64,000 nt of DNA from contig NC_043000.1 of assembly GCF_006345805.1 (NCBI RefSeq), forward strand, positions 154,876,001 through 154,940,000, written 5' to 3'. This stretch comes from Octopus sinensis (lineage: Eukaryota). The notes beneath the pieces are model-generated. The model ran no database searches. It was not told the DNA's origin and was given only the letters and a program-made list of their open reading frames with translations. This document shows positions 10,273 through 24,292 of this stretch, in pieces. Positions within the stretch are counted from its first letter, which is position 1; each line of letters opens with the position of its first letter. The position numbers and the translations under genes are program-made.

Positions 10273-11812
10273 TCAAATAATTATTAAACATTATAAAATT
10301 TGGGTACATCTTTAGAGCCCCATTTTTAGATTTGAGAGAAAAGTGAAAGCTACTATGGATCCAATCAATTTGTATTTCATATTCTATCTAAATAATCAAC
10401 GATCTGCATTTGTTCTGAGCAGTTATAAAAATACTATAGCGACGAACCTGCAAGAGAAAAAAATATGTATAAACATATGGGGGTAAGTCACAAATAATTC
10501 AAATGAACAATGTAATTAATTTCAAAATTCTGATGATGATGATTAATAACTAACAAAAAGTACTTCATACTGCAAATGGATGAATGATAGAATTTTAGGT
10601 CTAATTATCATATTTATGGTATAAATAAAAAAAAAAAACAGTAACAACAAAACATACTTTATCTGTCGGAACAATTATTTTTACTGATGAATATCATCAG
10701 TAAATTCAAAGTTGATTACTTGTTGTTTAAAATAAAATAAGGCCATTGTCTTTTTGCAATAAGCTTCATGCGGGATTTTGGGAGAGACAGACAATTTGAG
10801 AGATGAGAAACAAAAAGGTAGGTGAAACAGATGGTTATATTTGAAAATTATGAAGAGCAGTCTGTCATCAGAGTAGTCATGGTAGAAAGTGGAGACAGCT
10901 CAACAATGGAACAAGAATTGGTGCTTTTCATTGAGTGAGGATCTATTGATCAGAAATTGGCTGACTTCCCAATGCAATCTTGGATGCCAATTGTTGTTGT
11001 TGTTGCTTATCCTAGGTCAATTCATGATCAATCAAACGAATGATTTAAAAACATTAGCGGTGACCATCAGTCTTTTTTTTTTTTTTTTTTTTTGTTACAT
11101 ATTTTCTTACTACATTTTTCAGTGTGCAATTCCTGCTTTAAGACGGTAGGGTTGGTTTTAAGAGAGATTTGGTTGCTATTTCTAACATATCGAGCCTCCG
11201 CGTCATGACTGCTTCCTTAGAATGCCAGTGTTCAAAGAAAATGAACAATGCGACAGTCATACGTCATTTATGTGTAACTGAGCCTTATGTAGAATCAACT
11301 GCTATTAGAGTATTACATGTTGGTGTGCTAATATGAAGTGCAACATTGATTTCAACATGAGTTTCTAAAGGCGGATACCATTTGTAGGTCAGGTAGAAAA
11401 GTAGGCCACCAGCAGATGTTGCTTTTTTGGAAGTCTTATTAACATAGGTAGGTAGTGTGTGCGTGAGAGAGAGAGAGAGAAACTGGATCGAAGTAGTAGT
11501 GAAAGTGGATATATAATATTCAGAATTATGCAAAATATTTTTGAATCTATCATTCAATCCTTTCAAAAAAAGAAAGAACAATTTCAAACAAATAAAAGCT
11601 GAAACAAATTACTAACTTGCTTTTTATATAACTTCCGTTATTTTCTTCGCCAGTCTTATTAAACAATAATTTTAACATACGGGTTTGCGGTAATCAACAC
11701 TTCTAAGTATACGATAATTATGTAGTAAAAAGATAAATCTGGTTCTTTTTACAGTAAAACATAGAATGAAAAGTAAAAATACTAAATGTACCGAAATACA
11801 ATTTATATGTTT

Positions 11813-11887
<75 letters not shown>

Positions 11888-13168
11888 ATTCTGAGGAATG
11901 ATTCATGTGGGTATATGCCAAGTTCTTGAAAAAGAAAAACCGCATAGATATCGGCGTAGCCAGTTTATGGCTCGTTAGCCAACGTGAAGATCAGCTTAAC
12001 CTTACTGATCTGCTGAGAGACAGAAAGTTGTAGATACATAGAAAATACCGCTTAACATTCAGAACAATGAGGCTGATATCCATATTGGCGTTACTTTATC
12101 GACTATTAATAATTTTCTATACTTCCAGTGTATCAGGCAAGGTAACTAATCTAGTATACTAAAAGTATATGTTTCAAACATATAATGAAACCTGGGTTAC
12201 ACTTTAAATTTTTGTCAAAGTGGATGGAATATATTTTGGTATAACAAATATTTTAGGTTTTATGCCGTTTTCAATGTAAAGAGTAATCGCCAATCAAGTA
12301 CAAAATTTGGTGCAAGATTTATGCAAATTTAGTGCTCGCTTGAAAGACTTTATCTCCTCACTTGCACCAATAATACCTTTTGGAATGAAAAACGTCACAA
12401 TATTTCATATTTCCAGTAAGTATGAAAGTGCATAAGTAATTATTAAAAGGTATTACAGTATTGCCGTTGTGGAATTTTGTTCCATTCATATTGAAATTCT
12501 GAAGGAAAATCAATAGCACTGTATTATAAGCAAATTATGGAAATATAAAATATAAAGATTCCAAATCTAAACATTAAAACCGAAGAAACTAAAAGTAAAC
12601 AGAAAAATCAAGAATTCTGCTATAAAACACAAAAAATCGTGGTTATCAACTTCACTTTTCTTTTAAGAAGCATCTTTTTTTTTATATATATTTTATTGAC
12701 ATTGTTATGCTATGTCCATCAAATTTTAATAATCTCTCACATAACATAACCAAGACTACATCCCATAAGACCGCGTTTACTTCTTCAGAATACGATATTT
12801 CAAATTTATACAAATGATAATGTTTTTACACTGAACAAATATGCCATACACCAGGGTTAGGATACTATCCGCACGAATGAGATAATACATTCATAATAAC
12901 AATTATTGAATACAGAGAAAGAAACACCCTGATAGTTTTGCAACCAGTGGTGTATCATCGTTCTTGCTGTCCATCTCTTGTATGGATACGAAACAATCTA
13001 TTCTTTCTTGATTCTAGTTGCTGTTTACCGCTCTCAGCCTAATTCCTTGAACTGCAGAATTGATTTATCGCTCAGTTTAACATGATCCTTAAGTGCCTAT
13101 AACAAGCATTTGGACTGATTTTCCTTATATAAGGATAATTCAGTATCTTGATACGCTACTTCAGATAT

Positions 13169-13492
13169 ATTCCCAGATCGGGTGTTGTGAGTGTTTATTG
13201 AGCGAAAACACCTAAAGTTCCACGAGGCTCCGGCAGGGGATGGTGGTGATCCCTGCTGTACTCTTTCACCACAACTTTCTCTCACTCTTACTTCCTGTTT
13301 CTGTTGTACCTGTATTTCAAGGGGCCGGCCTTGTCACTCTCTGTGTCACGCTGAATCTCTCCGAGAACTACGTTAAGGGTACACGTGTCTGTGGAGTGCT
13401 CAGCCACTTACACGTTAATTCCACGAGCAGGCTGTTCCGTTGATTCGGATCAACCGGAACCCTCGTAGTCGTAACCGACGGAGTGCTTCCCC
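13169..13492 (+). mobile_element. SINE family C, 5'-truncated
   Basis: 11-bp TSD ACTTCAGATAT at 13158-13168 and 13493-13503; homologous to 17592-17974, 35343-35641 and 54331-54719. Confidence 0.92.
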
Positions 13493-14105
13493 ACTTCAGA
13501 TATCTGCAATCCTTCAGTTGTGGCTTCTCCATAAAATTACTTCTCCAATCTTGGAGTCCCTACAAGAAACCGTCACGGACGTTGTCCTTATTCCGGTGAA
13601 TAAACCCCAAAGAAATCTTTTCTTTGTACATATTTTCTCTTCTCCGCCCTTCCTCATATGTCTTATCTTTCATGCATCGAATTAAAAAACTGCTCAATCC
13701 TTTTTTCTCAGAACACTGGGATTATTCACATGACTGCTATTTCTCTTCCACCAATCAAAATAATTCAAATATAAAAATTAATCACATCGACCTTCAGTAC
13801 CTATATCTCTCTATCGGGAGGAAGGAAGAAATAGAGTATGGATATTGTTGCTTCTCTCCGGATAGAGGAATTAAAAAGAAAGACAGACGAATTTTTCAAA
13901 ATATCGATCATAAATCCAAATTTATTTAACGTAGTGGTTTCATTTCTAAAACTCTTTGATATTAAGTTAGGTTGGACAGAATACGATCTGACTGATTTTT
14001 TTTTACAACATACTCACATTCAGACATGGGCACACACTTATACACACAAATGATCTTATAAACTACTGAATAAACTACGCTGTATAGATTTTAGTCAGCA
14101 ATGCA

Positions 14106-14144
<39 letters not shown>

Positions 14145-15264
14145 GCACACGTATATCGGCAAATGTAAACAGTCTTTATATACACAACATATTTTATATG
14201 CAATACAGTTTTGAACCAATACAATCTAGAGATATATTTTGTAGTACATTAATAGATATGACCTAATGTCTCCAAGAGCATTTAGCTTCAAAATGAACTA
14301 CAACTACACCAGGGGTATACAATACACATCACCATCACTACATAACAGGCAATAATTACAGAAGATTCGAGACCAATTTTAAACAAGATGAATCAACGCG
14401 GAGAATTTCAAGTGTTTTGCTTCAGAACATGTCAATAGGTTTGCGATGGATATGAAATTGCGAAGTGAGAACTGGAAGTCAAAGAACTTATGTACTCGAG
14501 CATTTCAGCGCCAACTAAAATTCATACACAATGAAGAATGTCTTCATTTCCTGTTAAAACGATTTACATGAACTACTGTCACTAATATTGGTCAGCATGT
14601 CGAAGTGGGACGATAGTCATGAAGAATAAGTGGTTAATTTTCAAGAAGAAAGAGAACCTTGTTATATGACCATTCAGATTCAAACGTGGCATGTGAGGAA
14701 ACGCTCGTAAACTTTTCAATAGTATAACATTTTTTTTTCTTTTGCTCTGATGATAGCGGAGGTGGTGAAGTGATGTAAAAGTTCGCTAAAGATAGCTTAA
14801 AAAAAAGAGGAATTCTGACATTATACAGATGCACGTAGAACTAGAGATAAACAACCGTGTACAGAGACATAGACTTGAGATCATTACACTTTAAACCGAG
14901 GGTAAAACGAATAAAATAAGAGTGAAAGATGTATTTAAGCAAAAATAAAAATGTACATATACAAACAACTGTGAATCCTAACTGAAGTTCTCGTGCGGAA
15001 GCTAGATAATGTCAATAGAGTAAAAGTAACATTTCGGATGTGAAATATAAAAAAGAATCTACTGTTATTAATACTTGGTCTACATGTCGACTTCAAAACG
15101 CATTAGAACAACACAAGAAGCTGTGTGAGTGGTGATTAAGCTTTTGCAAGAACTGTGAGTACGATATTAATGATTAAGAAAATTAGAGGAAGGAGTTAGT
15201 CGATGAAATCGTCTCCCGCACGTGACTGGTACTTTATTTTATCGACCTCGAAAAGTTTATCGCG

Positions 15265-15367
15265 GTGGGCATCTTGGGCAAGTGTCTTCTGCTATAGCCC
15301 CGGGCCGACCAATGCCTTGTGAGTGGATTTGGTAGACGGAAACTGAAAGAAGCCTGTCGTATATATG

Positions 15368-15418
<51 letters not shown>

Positions 15419-15627
15419 TTGTGTGTCTGTGTTTGTCTCCCTAGCATTGCTTGACAACCGATGCTGGTGTGTTTACGTCCCCGTCACTTAGCGGTTCGGC
15501 AAAAGAGACCGATAGAATAAGTACTGGGCTTACAAAGAATAAGTCCCGGGGTCGATTTGCTCGACTAAAGGCGGTGCTCCAGCATGGCCGCAGTCAAATG
15601 ACTGAAACAAGTAAAAGAGTAAAAGAG
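15265..15627 (+). mobile_element. SINE family A, 5'-truncated
   Basis: CATCTTGGGCAAGTGTCTTCTGC...ACAAGTAAAAGAGTAAAAGAG; matches the other A copies. Confidence 0.9.
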
Positions 15628-17591
15628 CCATTATAAAATACAACAAAATCCAACGCTAGCGACCTGGTTTTGAAATTCTGCTTTAATATATTTCACTCCA
15701 CTTAAATTGCTAATATCTTTGAGAAATGCATAATTATCCACAATATCTATCTTAAATTGAGAAATGATGAGTTTTTTGGAAAGAAAAATGCTACAAAAAT
15801 TAGCAGAAATAAACAGTTACTAAAAAGTATTTTTCTTAATTATAAAATGATGTAAAGTAAACAGGTTGCCCCACAACCTCACCAAAAGACGAATCTCTGA
15901 TCTTCGATTCCCGGTTCAAATAATTTCATTTCATTTTATATGGTGTAGTCTGTCATTGCTCTTGGGGAAGGCAAACCTATCATAGCTTCTTATTGCCTTC
16001 CCCCTAGAAATGCGAGGCCTCTCATTTAGGCAAAAAGAAGAAAAAAAATCAATCAATCATTAGAATCTGAAAATGAATAATCAAACAAACACTGTACAAA
16101 ATAAATAAATAAACGAAGATAAAACGGAATTTTAAATAATATAAATTTAATTGCTATGTTGTTTTCATGGGAAAACAAATTATAGCATGATTATAGTAAT
16201 TGTGAATTATAAATTAGTGGCAGTTACTCATATTTATGCTTTGTTAAAGAACCAAAAAATAACGATAATCTTATTTACTGGTGAAGGTTATTATATCAGA
16301 GGTGCTAAACATCGATTGAATAGCAGGGACATAAAATAAAACAAAATAATTCAGTGAGAGCCTGTATAGTTAGATGAATAAATACATGATACAAACTCAT
16401 CACCTTTAACTAACTCCTGCAGAGTTATACAGTAGTTGGGCTGAAAGCTGATCAGAATTAGAGGAAAGGTCGACAGTTCACATACTGTTAAAGTTCCTGG
16501 TTATTGTCTGTGATGAAGATAACCTTTATGGATCGGCCCATTTACCAGTTAATAGACGTGTTCGTTTTTAACATTTACACATGAAATTTACCAGCCCTAC
16601 AGACTAGTGAAACTGATGAGGTTAATGATCAGATTTAAACACTTGTTAGGTGACGTCTACAAAATAAAAAAAAATCGTGGGCTAAGTGAACTTTCAGATG
16701 GTTCAAGCTTTGGAGAAAGAAACCATTAGGGGAACCTTTAGTGTAGGAATTCCGAGTCATGGAAGAGTAGAGGTGACGAGAGAAGTAAAAAACGGGCATA
16801 GGGAGAACATGGGTGGAGCAAGCAGTAGTGCAGGTAGCTAATTCAGAGGAGCCAAGCTAATTCAGAGAAGCACATAGAAGAGGCAGAGAAAGAAGAATCA
16901 GCGAGCCTGTGAACTAATGGTTATAGTGTATTAGATAAATTTCAACTCATTGTCGCCGTAAGTAATGAGTGTATTATGTAATTCTTATCTCAATTATGAA
17001 TTCAGATCTTTCATTTTCTTTTGGACCCTGGCAAAGGCAGCAGGATGTTCTAGTGTATACGCGCCACATTCTGCTGACATAAGCTCAATCAATAGGAACT
17101 GAAATTTTGTAACAGCTTCTGCAATATGACGCGACAGAAAAGTGAGAGAAAAAAATACTTCTAGTTAAAGAATAATTAATTGGTATTAAAAGCAAATAAG
17201 ATAACAAATTTCTAACTGGCTTCAGCTGAATTTTTTACGACCCATCCATAAATTTTGACATCCCTCACGCACAATGTTTTCACATTTTGACAGAACATAT
17301 CCTTTTTCCTATTTGTGTCCCTTACAGCACAACGTAACTTTAACAGAATTATCAGAAAACCAAGAAGGCATGTAATCGAAATTTAGAATTGGTACAAGTC
17401 CACTCATTTTTAAGGAGAGTATATTATATTAAGTCGATCTCAATTCTTAATTTGTGCTTAATTTTCCTAACCATAGAAGAATAAAAAGGCAAAGTCGACT
17501 GCTGCGGGATTTGAAACAAGAACGTAGAAACTAAATACTGCAAAGCATTTTGTCCGAGGGCTTTAACGCTTGTACTACTCCACAGCTTTCA

Positions 17592-17974
17592 GTGGAGGCG
17601 CAATGGCCCAGTGGTTAGGGCAGCGGACTCGCGGTCGGAGGATCGCGGTTTCGATTCCCAGACCGGGCATTGTGAGTGTTTATTGAGCGAAAACACCTAA
17701 AGCTCCACGAGGCTCCGGCAGGGGGGTGGTGGTGAACCCTGCTGTACTCTTTCACCACAACTTCTTCTCGCTCTTTCTTCCTGTTTCTCTTGTACCTGAA
17801 TTTCAAAGGACCAGCCTTGTCATAATCTGTGTCACGCTGAATCTCCTCGAGAACTACGTTAAGGGTACACGTGTCTGTGGAGTGTTCAGCCACTTGCACG
17901 TTAATATCACAAGCAAGCTGTTCCGTTGATCGTATCAGCTGGGATCCTCATCCTCGCAACCGACGGAGTGCTCC
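17592..17974 (+). mobile_element. SINE family C, full length
   Basis: A box TGGCCCAGTGG (17604-17614) and B-box-like GGTTTCGATTCC (17647-17658). TSD TACTACTCC[A/T]CAGCTT at 17573-17588 and 17975-17990. Confidence 0.93.
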
Positions 17975-18649
17975 TACTACTCCTCAGCTTAAACAACATA
18001 TATATAACTGACATATATTAATGTCTGTAATGAGTTGTATGTGGCACCTAACACTTAATGTTTATTATGGTTACAATACTAATGGTCTGTCGAAAGTTAG
18101 AGTTAGGCGCTACAACGATTATAAATTAAAACCTTTGAAGAATGACTGATATTTTGATAATTTGAAGCGATGACAGATTCATTTCGCCCCGACAAGATTA
18201 GTTCTCAGAACAACATAATATCAAGTTTATATCGCTATATCATAACTCGGCACCTTAATGGTCCCGTTTGATAAATGAGGAAGTTTAAACACTATTAGCG
18301 TAGCGACCAATCAAAACGATAGTTTCTATTTATCATGTAAAATTTCAGCTGTTCGTATTTTATCAACAACACTTTGTTGTTTTTTTTTGGTCATTTACAT
18401 CTTAATTGCTTAGTTCACATCGATGTGAAGAGATACCGAACAGCAGATAGAAACAAAGGGAAGGAGTACTGTATAAATGACGAGCATTTCCATTGTCTTG
18501 CAGTGTTGGGCTAACATCCCATGATAACTTGGAGGCCGGTGATTTGGCGATGTCTTCAAATGATGACACTCCGGTCAATTGGCTACAAGGCTGTTAGATA
18601 TTAATAAAGACATTACATTGCTTTTAGACAGTATGATGGATATATTGGG

Positions 18650-19067
18650 GGATCTTTTCGGTTTGAACGGCAGTTTTTAAAAATAATTTCCACGTAACTA
18701 AATACTTTTAAACTTCGTATACTGGTAGAATGTGTTTATAAAACTTCTTTTTCCTTTGGCTTTATTGAGAAAATTCTATAGTTTGTAAGATATTTGTTGT
18801 TTTTTTTCTTCAATTTCTGCAATTTCAACCAATCAATGACGTCTATTGAGGTAAAAAACATTCTGTGCCGTATGAATATGTCCCTTGTTTAAGAAACAAA
18901 TTGGGTTTATTTACATTTTTGAAGAAAAAAAGATACCCTTCCCTCCACCCCTAACCCTAACCCTAAAACAGATTGAAATGCAATAGATCGATACTAGGGT
19001 CATAATTATGGGTGACAATTTCATATGACACCGCTAGAAAAAACTGCCGTTCAAACCGAAAAGATCC
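18650..19067. mobile_element. MITE with 29-bp TIRs and 8-9 bp TSD
   Basis: TIR GGATCTTTTCGGTTTGAACGGCAGTTTTT at both ends. Flanking TATATTGG at 18641-18648 and 19068-19075. Inverted sister copy at 39385-39804. Confidence 0.9.
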
Positions 19068-19860
19068 TATATTGGAAATCATATACGTTGTATATATTTT
19101 TCTGAGGCTTGTTGATGAGTCGTCTATTGGATTTCGTAAAAAGTGAAGAGTGAAAAAACAAACGACGCCGTTCAAGAAATATTTATGTTCTTTTTTTTCA
19201 ACGGTGATACAAGGTTATATATTAATAAAAACGGGACTATAGTCGACCGAATCGACTTCGATACATCTATTATTTTATCTCCGCAAGATACATGATATTC
19301 ATCGTCAATCTCGGTAGGATTTGAACTCAGAAACGTGAAGGGACATAACTAAATATCACAGAAGTATTTCAGTGCACAACGCTCCCATTTATACTATTCT
19401 ACTACCTGATTCAGAGAACAATAAGTAACAGTTATACATCGTGCAATAGAAGGGAGCTTGCAGAAACGAGAAGGGGCTTGACTGAATGAATTACAATACA
19501 TATAGTTTAGTCTTTCTCTCTGCATTCTGAATTGAAATTGCATCAGTTTCGACTTTCCCTTTATTATAGGTCATTAAATTATGTACCAGAATTATATTTG
19601 GAGCCTTAAACATTAAATTTCTTTTAGATAGGCTCATGTGGATGTAGTCATGTCTTGTAATGTAATGATTGTGTGGGTAATAGTGAAGATTAAGAATATA
19701 AAGACGGATAAGAAACCTTAGCTAAACCCAACCCTCTATAAGCTGCACCTACTGAAAGAAACGTGGCACTATAACCTCACAAAATATCTGTCAATTGTGC
19801 AGCTTAATAAGGTAAGTTGTACTTTTTTGTAACTACTAAAATCTAATACAAGTGCCATAA

Positions 19861-20236
19861 TCTATATATATAAATGTGTAATGGTGTCTGTTTGTGTGTG
19901 TGTTTGGGGTTACTCTAACTCCTCCCACACCGTCCAGCCGATTTTAATGATTTTTGGCACATAGGTAGATCACATGCCCTGAAGTTCAAATAAGGCCGGA
20001 ATTTTTCGAAAATTCGATAATGCTCAGTTGGCATTGATTTTTGTGAGCTCAATCGGGTGTTTGAATGGATATTCCCATAACGATGTTATTTTTCCTGCAG
20101 CTTTTGCAATTTTCACGTGTAAAATTTCAACAAAATCGATAGAATAGTCTCTAAGTAAATGCTTATTCAGTACAAGGTCAGAGGTGGGCTTAACTTCAAC
20201 ACGGAAAACACGAGAAACGCCGTGTCCAACAGCTAG
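19861..20236 (+). mobile_element. Non-autonomous Helitron
   Basis: A|TC 5' end; hairpin ACACG-AGAAACGC-CGTGT upstream of terminal CTAG|T; no TSD. Confidence 0.8.
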
Positions 20237-20332
20237 TCATAGACATAAAGCCAGTGGGAATTAACTAGACGGCAGTTATGTTTTGGTTTGTAGTATAATG
20301 GTTTCAATAACTGGAGATTCTAACACTCACAC

Positions 20333-20395
<63 letters not shown>

Positions 20396-20519
20396 AATGT
20401 CATACTTTTATAACTTTTCTTGGAGTGTCAAACTAATATTTACTGTGGACGTCTTGTTTTTGTATTTGAATTCGTCGATTGTTATTGATTTGCCTTAATA
20501 TATATATATTGAAGAAAAA

Positions 20520-20560
<41 letters not shown>

Positions 20561-20650
20561 TGTGTATACATGCATACATATATTAGAACTTTTATACATA
20601 CATAAATACACACAAATGTATGTATATATTCTTATCTACATACAGAGTTG

Positions 20651-20900
20651 TGTGGTGTAGTATATAGAGCATGACAGATTCTACATTCAGGAGTATATAT
20701 ATGCGTTTGACTAGAGTACGAAAGCTCCATCCGATACAGAAATATGATTATCATTCTAAATATCTTGCAATTATCCATCGATATTTTGAGCACCATGTGC
20801 ATGGAAAAAGCACGATTAAAGATAAGGTTCAACGTTTGTTCAATGCATTCTTACATTATTCATTCGTAAAAACACTTGTTATGTAAGGAATTACCTCAAT
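20651..20900 (+). mobile_element. Possible Penelope-like GIY-YIG endonuclease remnant
   Basis: Translation CGVVYRA*..GVYICV*..SIRYRNM resembles the PLE VVYKA..YIG..RYRNH pattern; highly decayed. Confidence 0.3.
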
Positions 20901-21878
20901 CGGATTGTCATCAAATCATCAGAAATTGTATAACAATCAACAAAAAAATAACACTTAGCAGTTTTAGCCGTCTGAAGTGTACAAGAATATTTCTTTGATT
21001 TAATCCTGTAACATTATTGTGAGGTGATTCTTTCCATGACAGATATTTTTCAGTAATGAAAAACGTGTAAAACCAGCATAGTGTAATTTTTGAAAAGCAG
21101 GACGGTCCGTTCATAAATCCATTCATGTTTTCTATAAGTCTGTGAAAAGGTAATATAAACTTATAATAGTATTTCTTGATATGCGTTGACGATTATTTCA
21201 CATTTTTTTTTATTTTGACGTCTCCAACTTCTATGGCAATTGATAGTAAACCATTACTCTCAGTTGAAGCAAAATGTTTGAAGACATTTTTGAACAGATT
21301 AGTGATAGGTGCCTATATTGTCTACGTATATGATAACAAGTTCATAAAAAAGCCTATCTGTATATCTAAATATACGAATCAATATAATTTTAGATATCTG
21401 TTAGTGTCATGTTAGAGGCAGGTGTAGGAGTAGAGACGTCAGATCATAGACATATATTCATATAGTTATGCTCAAAAAGTTGGAAGCATTACAAAGTTAA
21501 AGTGAATTATAAGAAACAGAAAATGAAAGAGCAAGGGAAAAACCTTGACGGTATCCTTCATAGTGGAAGATATCATTTATAGCAGAGCAGCTCTCTAAGC
21601 TGGTGTATGATCCAGAGGTTGAGCTCTCGAAGTGATCAGTATGGATTTGTCTGTGAGTGAATCTCCCGTAAAGATTTCATTTCGAGAGTTAGGACAATCC
21701 TTGGAGATATTAAAGCAATGTAAAATTTGTGCTCATTTTGCTAGATAGAGCAAGCACTTAGTTTCCTTTATATAGGCTTTTGGTTCTTCTCATACTCTAC
21801 TAGTTATTGCAGTCTTTCCTTCATCCCTGTCAAATGTATTGGATATCTGGTAGTCTGGATGCTTCAAATGCAATAATA

Positions 21879-21939
<61 letters not shown>

Positions 21940-22832
21940 CATAAAAATGTTCACTTCTTAAATTTGCCATCATCCATACGTATCTAAAATTTTTCCTTCA
22001 CACACACATACGTACACGCACACACGCACACACATGTACTAAGTGAGAGAGAAGCAGAAGAGACGGCTAAATAATAACCGTCGTAAGGAATGTATTTATA
22101 TATTGTGTATACAAAATACGCGATATAATTAAATCTCATCTTTACAGTTGTTTCAGATAATCGATGACTAGTTGCTAAAACGTTGTATATTATGCAATGA
22201 TCTCGGAAAGCTCTCTACAAATTTAGTAAAAATTATAACCTTTCAATCTCTTTTCGAAAATAGCATTAAAATAATTAACTTTTTAACTGTCACTCTAATA
22301 TTAAACTCTGGTTTATATTATTCCTGTCACAAACCTTATGAATCCGCACATCATATTAATATGCAATACAATCACCTTAGATCTGTTTTAAAGTGTCGTC
22401 ATAATTATTTCCATTAGGATGTCTATCTTCACTAACGTGGATATTTTCAACAATCATGTTCCCCAGTAAACCGAGCTCTCCTTACTTGTGGCTTTTCCCG
22501 AGAAAAATTTCCTAATAAAGCCGAAAACGAAACTAGAAAGTATAACGGAGATTGTAAAGTACACTGTGGGTAATACTTCGACTAGAGAAGGTAGTATAAA
22601 CATTTGTAATAGCAATTGCATGCGTAGGAAGAATACCATTATGACAACAATAATCTTACAGGTACCCCATATGAGTAACAATAACAACAACAAAATAACA
22701 ATAATAATATCGACCTTGACGCTACAAATAGTTTATCTCGAGTACCTTGTGATAAGAGTGGCTTAGATCAATCTAATTTCCTGGCAACCTATATCCTCCA
22801 CCTCAAAGCTGAGAGTATTCTTTACTACATCT

Positions 22833-23007
22833 CCTCTTTTATTTGTTTCAGTCATTTGACTGCGGCCATGCTGGAGCACCGCCTTTAGTCGAGCAACTCG
22901 ACCCCAGGACTTATTCTTTGTAAGCCTAGTACTTATTCTATCGGTCTCTTTTTGCCGAACCGCATCGGTTGTCAAGCAATGCTAGGGGAACAAAGACAGA
23001 CACACAA

Positions 23008-23042
<35 letters not shown>

Positions 23043-23214
23043 CATATATACGACGGGCTTCTTTCAGTTTCCGTCTACCAAATCCACTCACAAGACATTG
23101 GTCGGCCCGGGGCTTTAGCAGAAGGCACTTGCCCAAGGTGTCACACAGTAGGACTGAACCCGGAACCATGTGGTTGGTTAGCAAGCTACTTACCACACAG
23201 CCACTCCTGCGCCT
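22833..23214 (-). mobile_element. SINE family A with a small internal deletion
   Basis: Matches the other A copies but lacks the TAAGTGACGGGGACGTAAACACACCA segment. Confidence 0.9.
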
Positions 23215-23991
23215 AGTCATACCGTGCTTGGGAAATCGACTACCTGTAATTTACATGCCGTGAGTCTCTTGGAATATTAAGTGCGAATGAAGACTTCCTC
23301 CTTAATCGCTTCTCTGACGTAATTACCGCATGTCCTCATCATTATTACATTCCCTTTTTCTTATTAGTATAAATCATTAAGTTCGGACCGAATCAGTTCA
23401 GTCTTTTTATTCTCCCCTTTAAGCCCTTGAGTTTATTACACTTCTTCCTTAATAACAATCGTTAGTTATATTTCACTACACTTAGAGATATTCTCATCGT
23501 TTGCACATCCCACTGGTGTTTTTCCTAATTTTCTCTCTCTCTCTCTCTCTCTCTTACTAGTGCGACGCCTCTCTCCTGCCTCACCTTTCTCCCTCTCTTA
23601 TAACCGCTTTCTTACACTCGACGCGGCTGACATCCTTACCCTGATAGCGTCTTGCAATTTCCTTTTTCTTCACACCCACCCCCGGTCTACTATGATTTAT
23701 ACACTTCTTTTGGAAATAGCCGACCCAATCTGATCTTTCTCACTCTTAATATTTATAGCTATCGAGTTTCCTTTTATCTTGCCCGCCTAGCCTCTTTATC
23801 ACTCTTAATCTAATAGCCAATGTTTACTTCTAGTGTCGATAGCTGGCTTCCTACAGCTGATTCACACTCACCTACTCCACCTTTCCTCTTCACGTCTCTT
23901 CCCTATCATTATATATATCACAATAACCCCTCCTCTAATTTCTATCATTCTATTTTTATTGAAATTACATGTATTTATAAACAATGTTCTC

Positions 23992-24039
<48 letters not shown>

Positions 24040-24254
24040 CTCTCTTTTTCTCAGCTAATCCATTTGATCGTGTCTTCTGATGAGGATATTGTGATTTGTT
24101 GCACGGAGTCTATAAAAACCCTTGCTAGTTGTTACACCTAAAATACTAATTCAATATTAGTCTTCATTGCATAATGTGCTTGCTTTTAATATCCATTAAC
24201 GAATATTCGAAACAGTTGTAAAGACACGGATTGATTACATCATGTAATACCAAT

Positions 24255-24292
<38 letters not shown>

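Noticed and set aside
11889-11945. CUGAGGA after a microsatellite
   Set aside because: No stem II-GAAA arrangement follows.
13191-13443. Recurrent ORFs such as MVVIPAVLFHHNFLS.. and MFIERKHLK.. (also at 17.7, 35.4 and 54.4 kb)
   Set aside because: Incidental frames inside SINE family C copies.
17592-17665. tRNA-like sequence with A and B boxes
   Set aside because: It is the head of a SINE, continuing into the SINE body and flanked by a TSD; no complete cloverleaf.
24071-24140. CUGAUGAG possibly starting another hammerhead
   Set aside because: No properly placed GAAA or helix I partner; at best a decayed relic.
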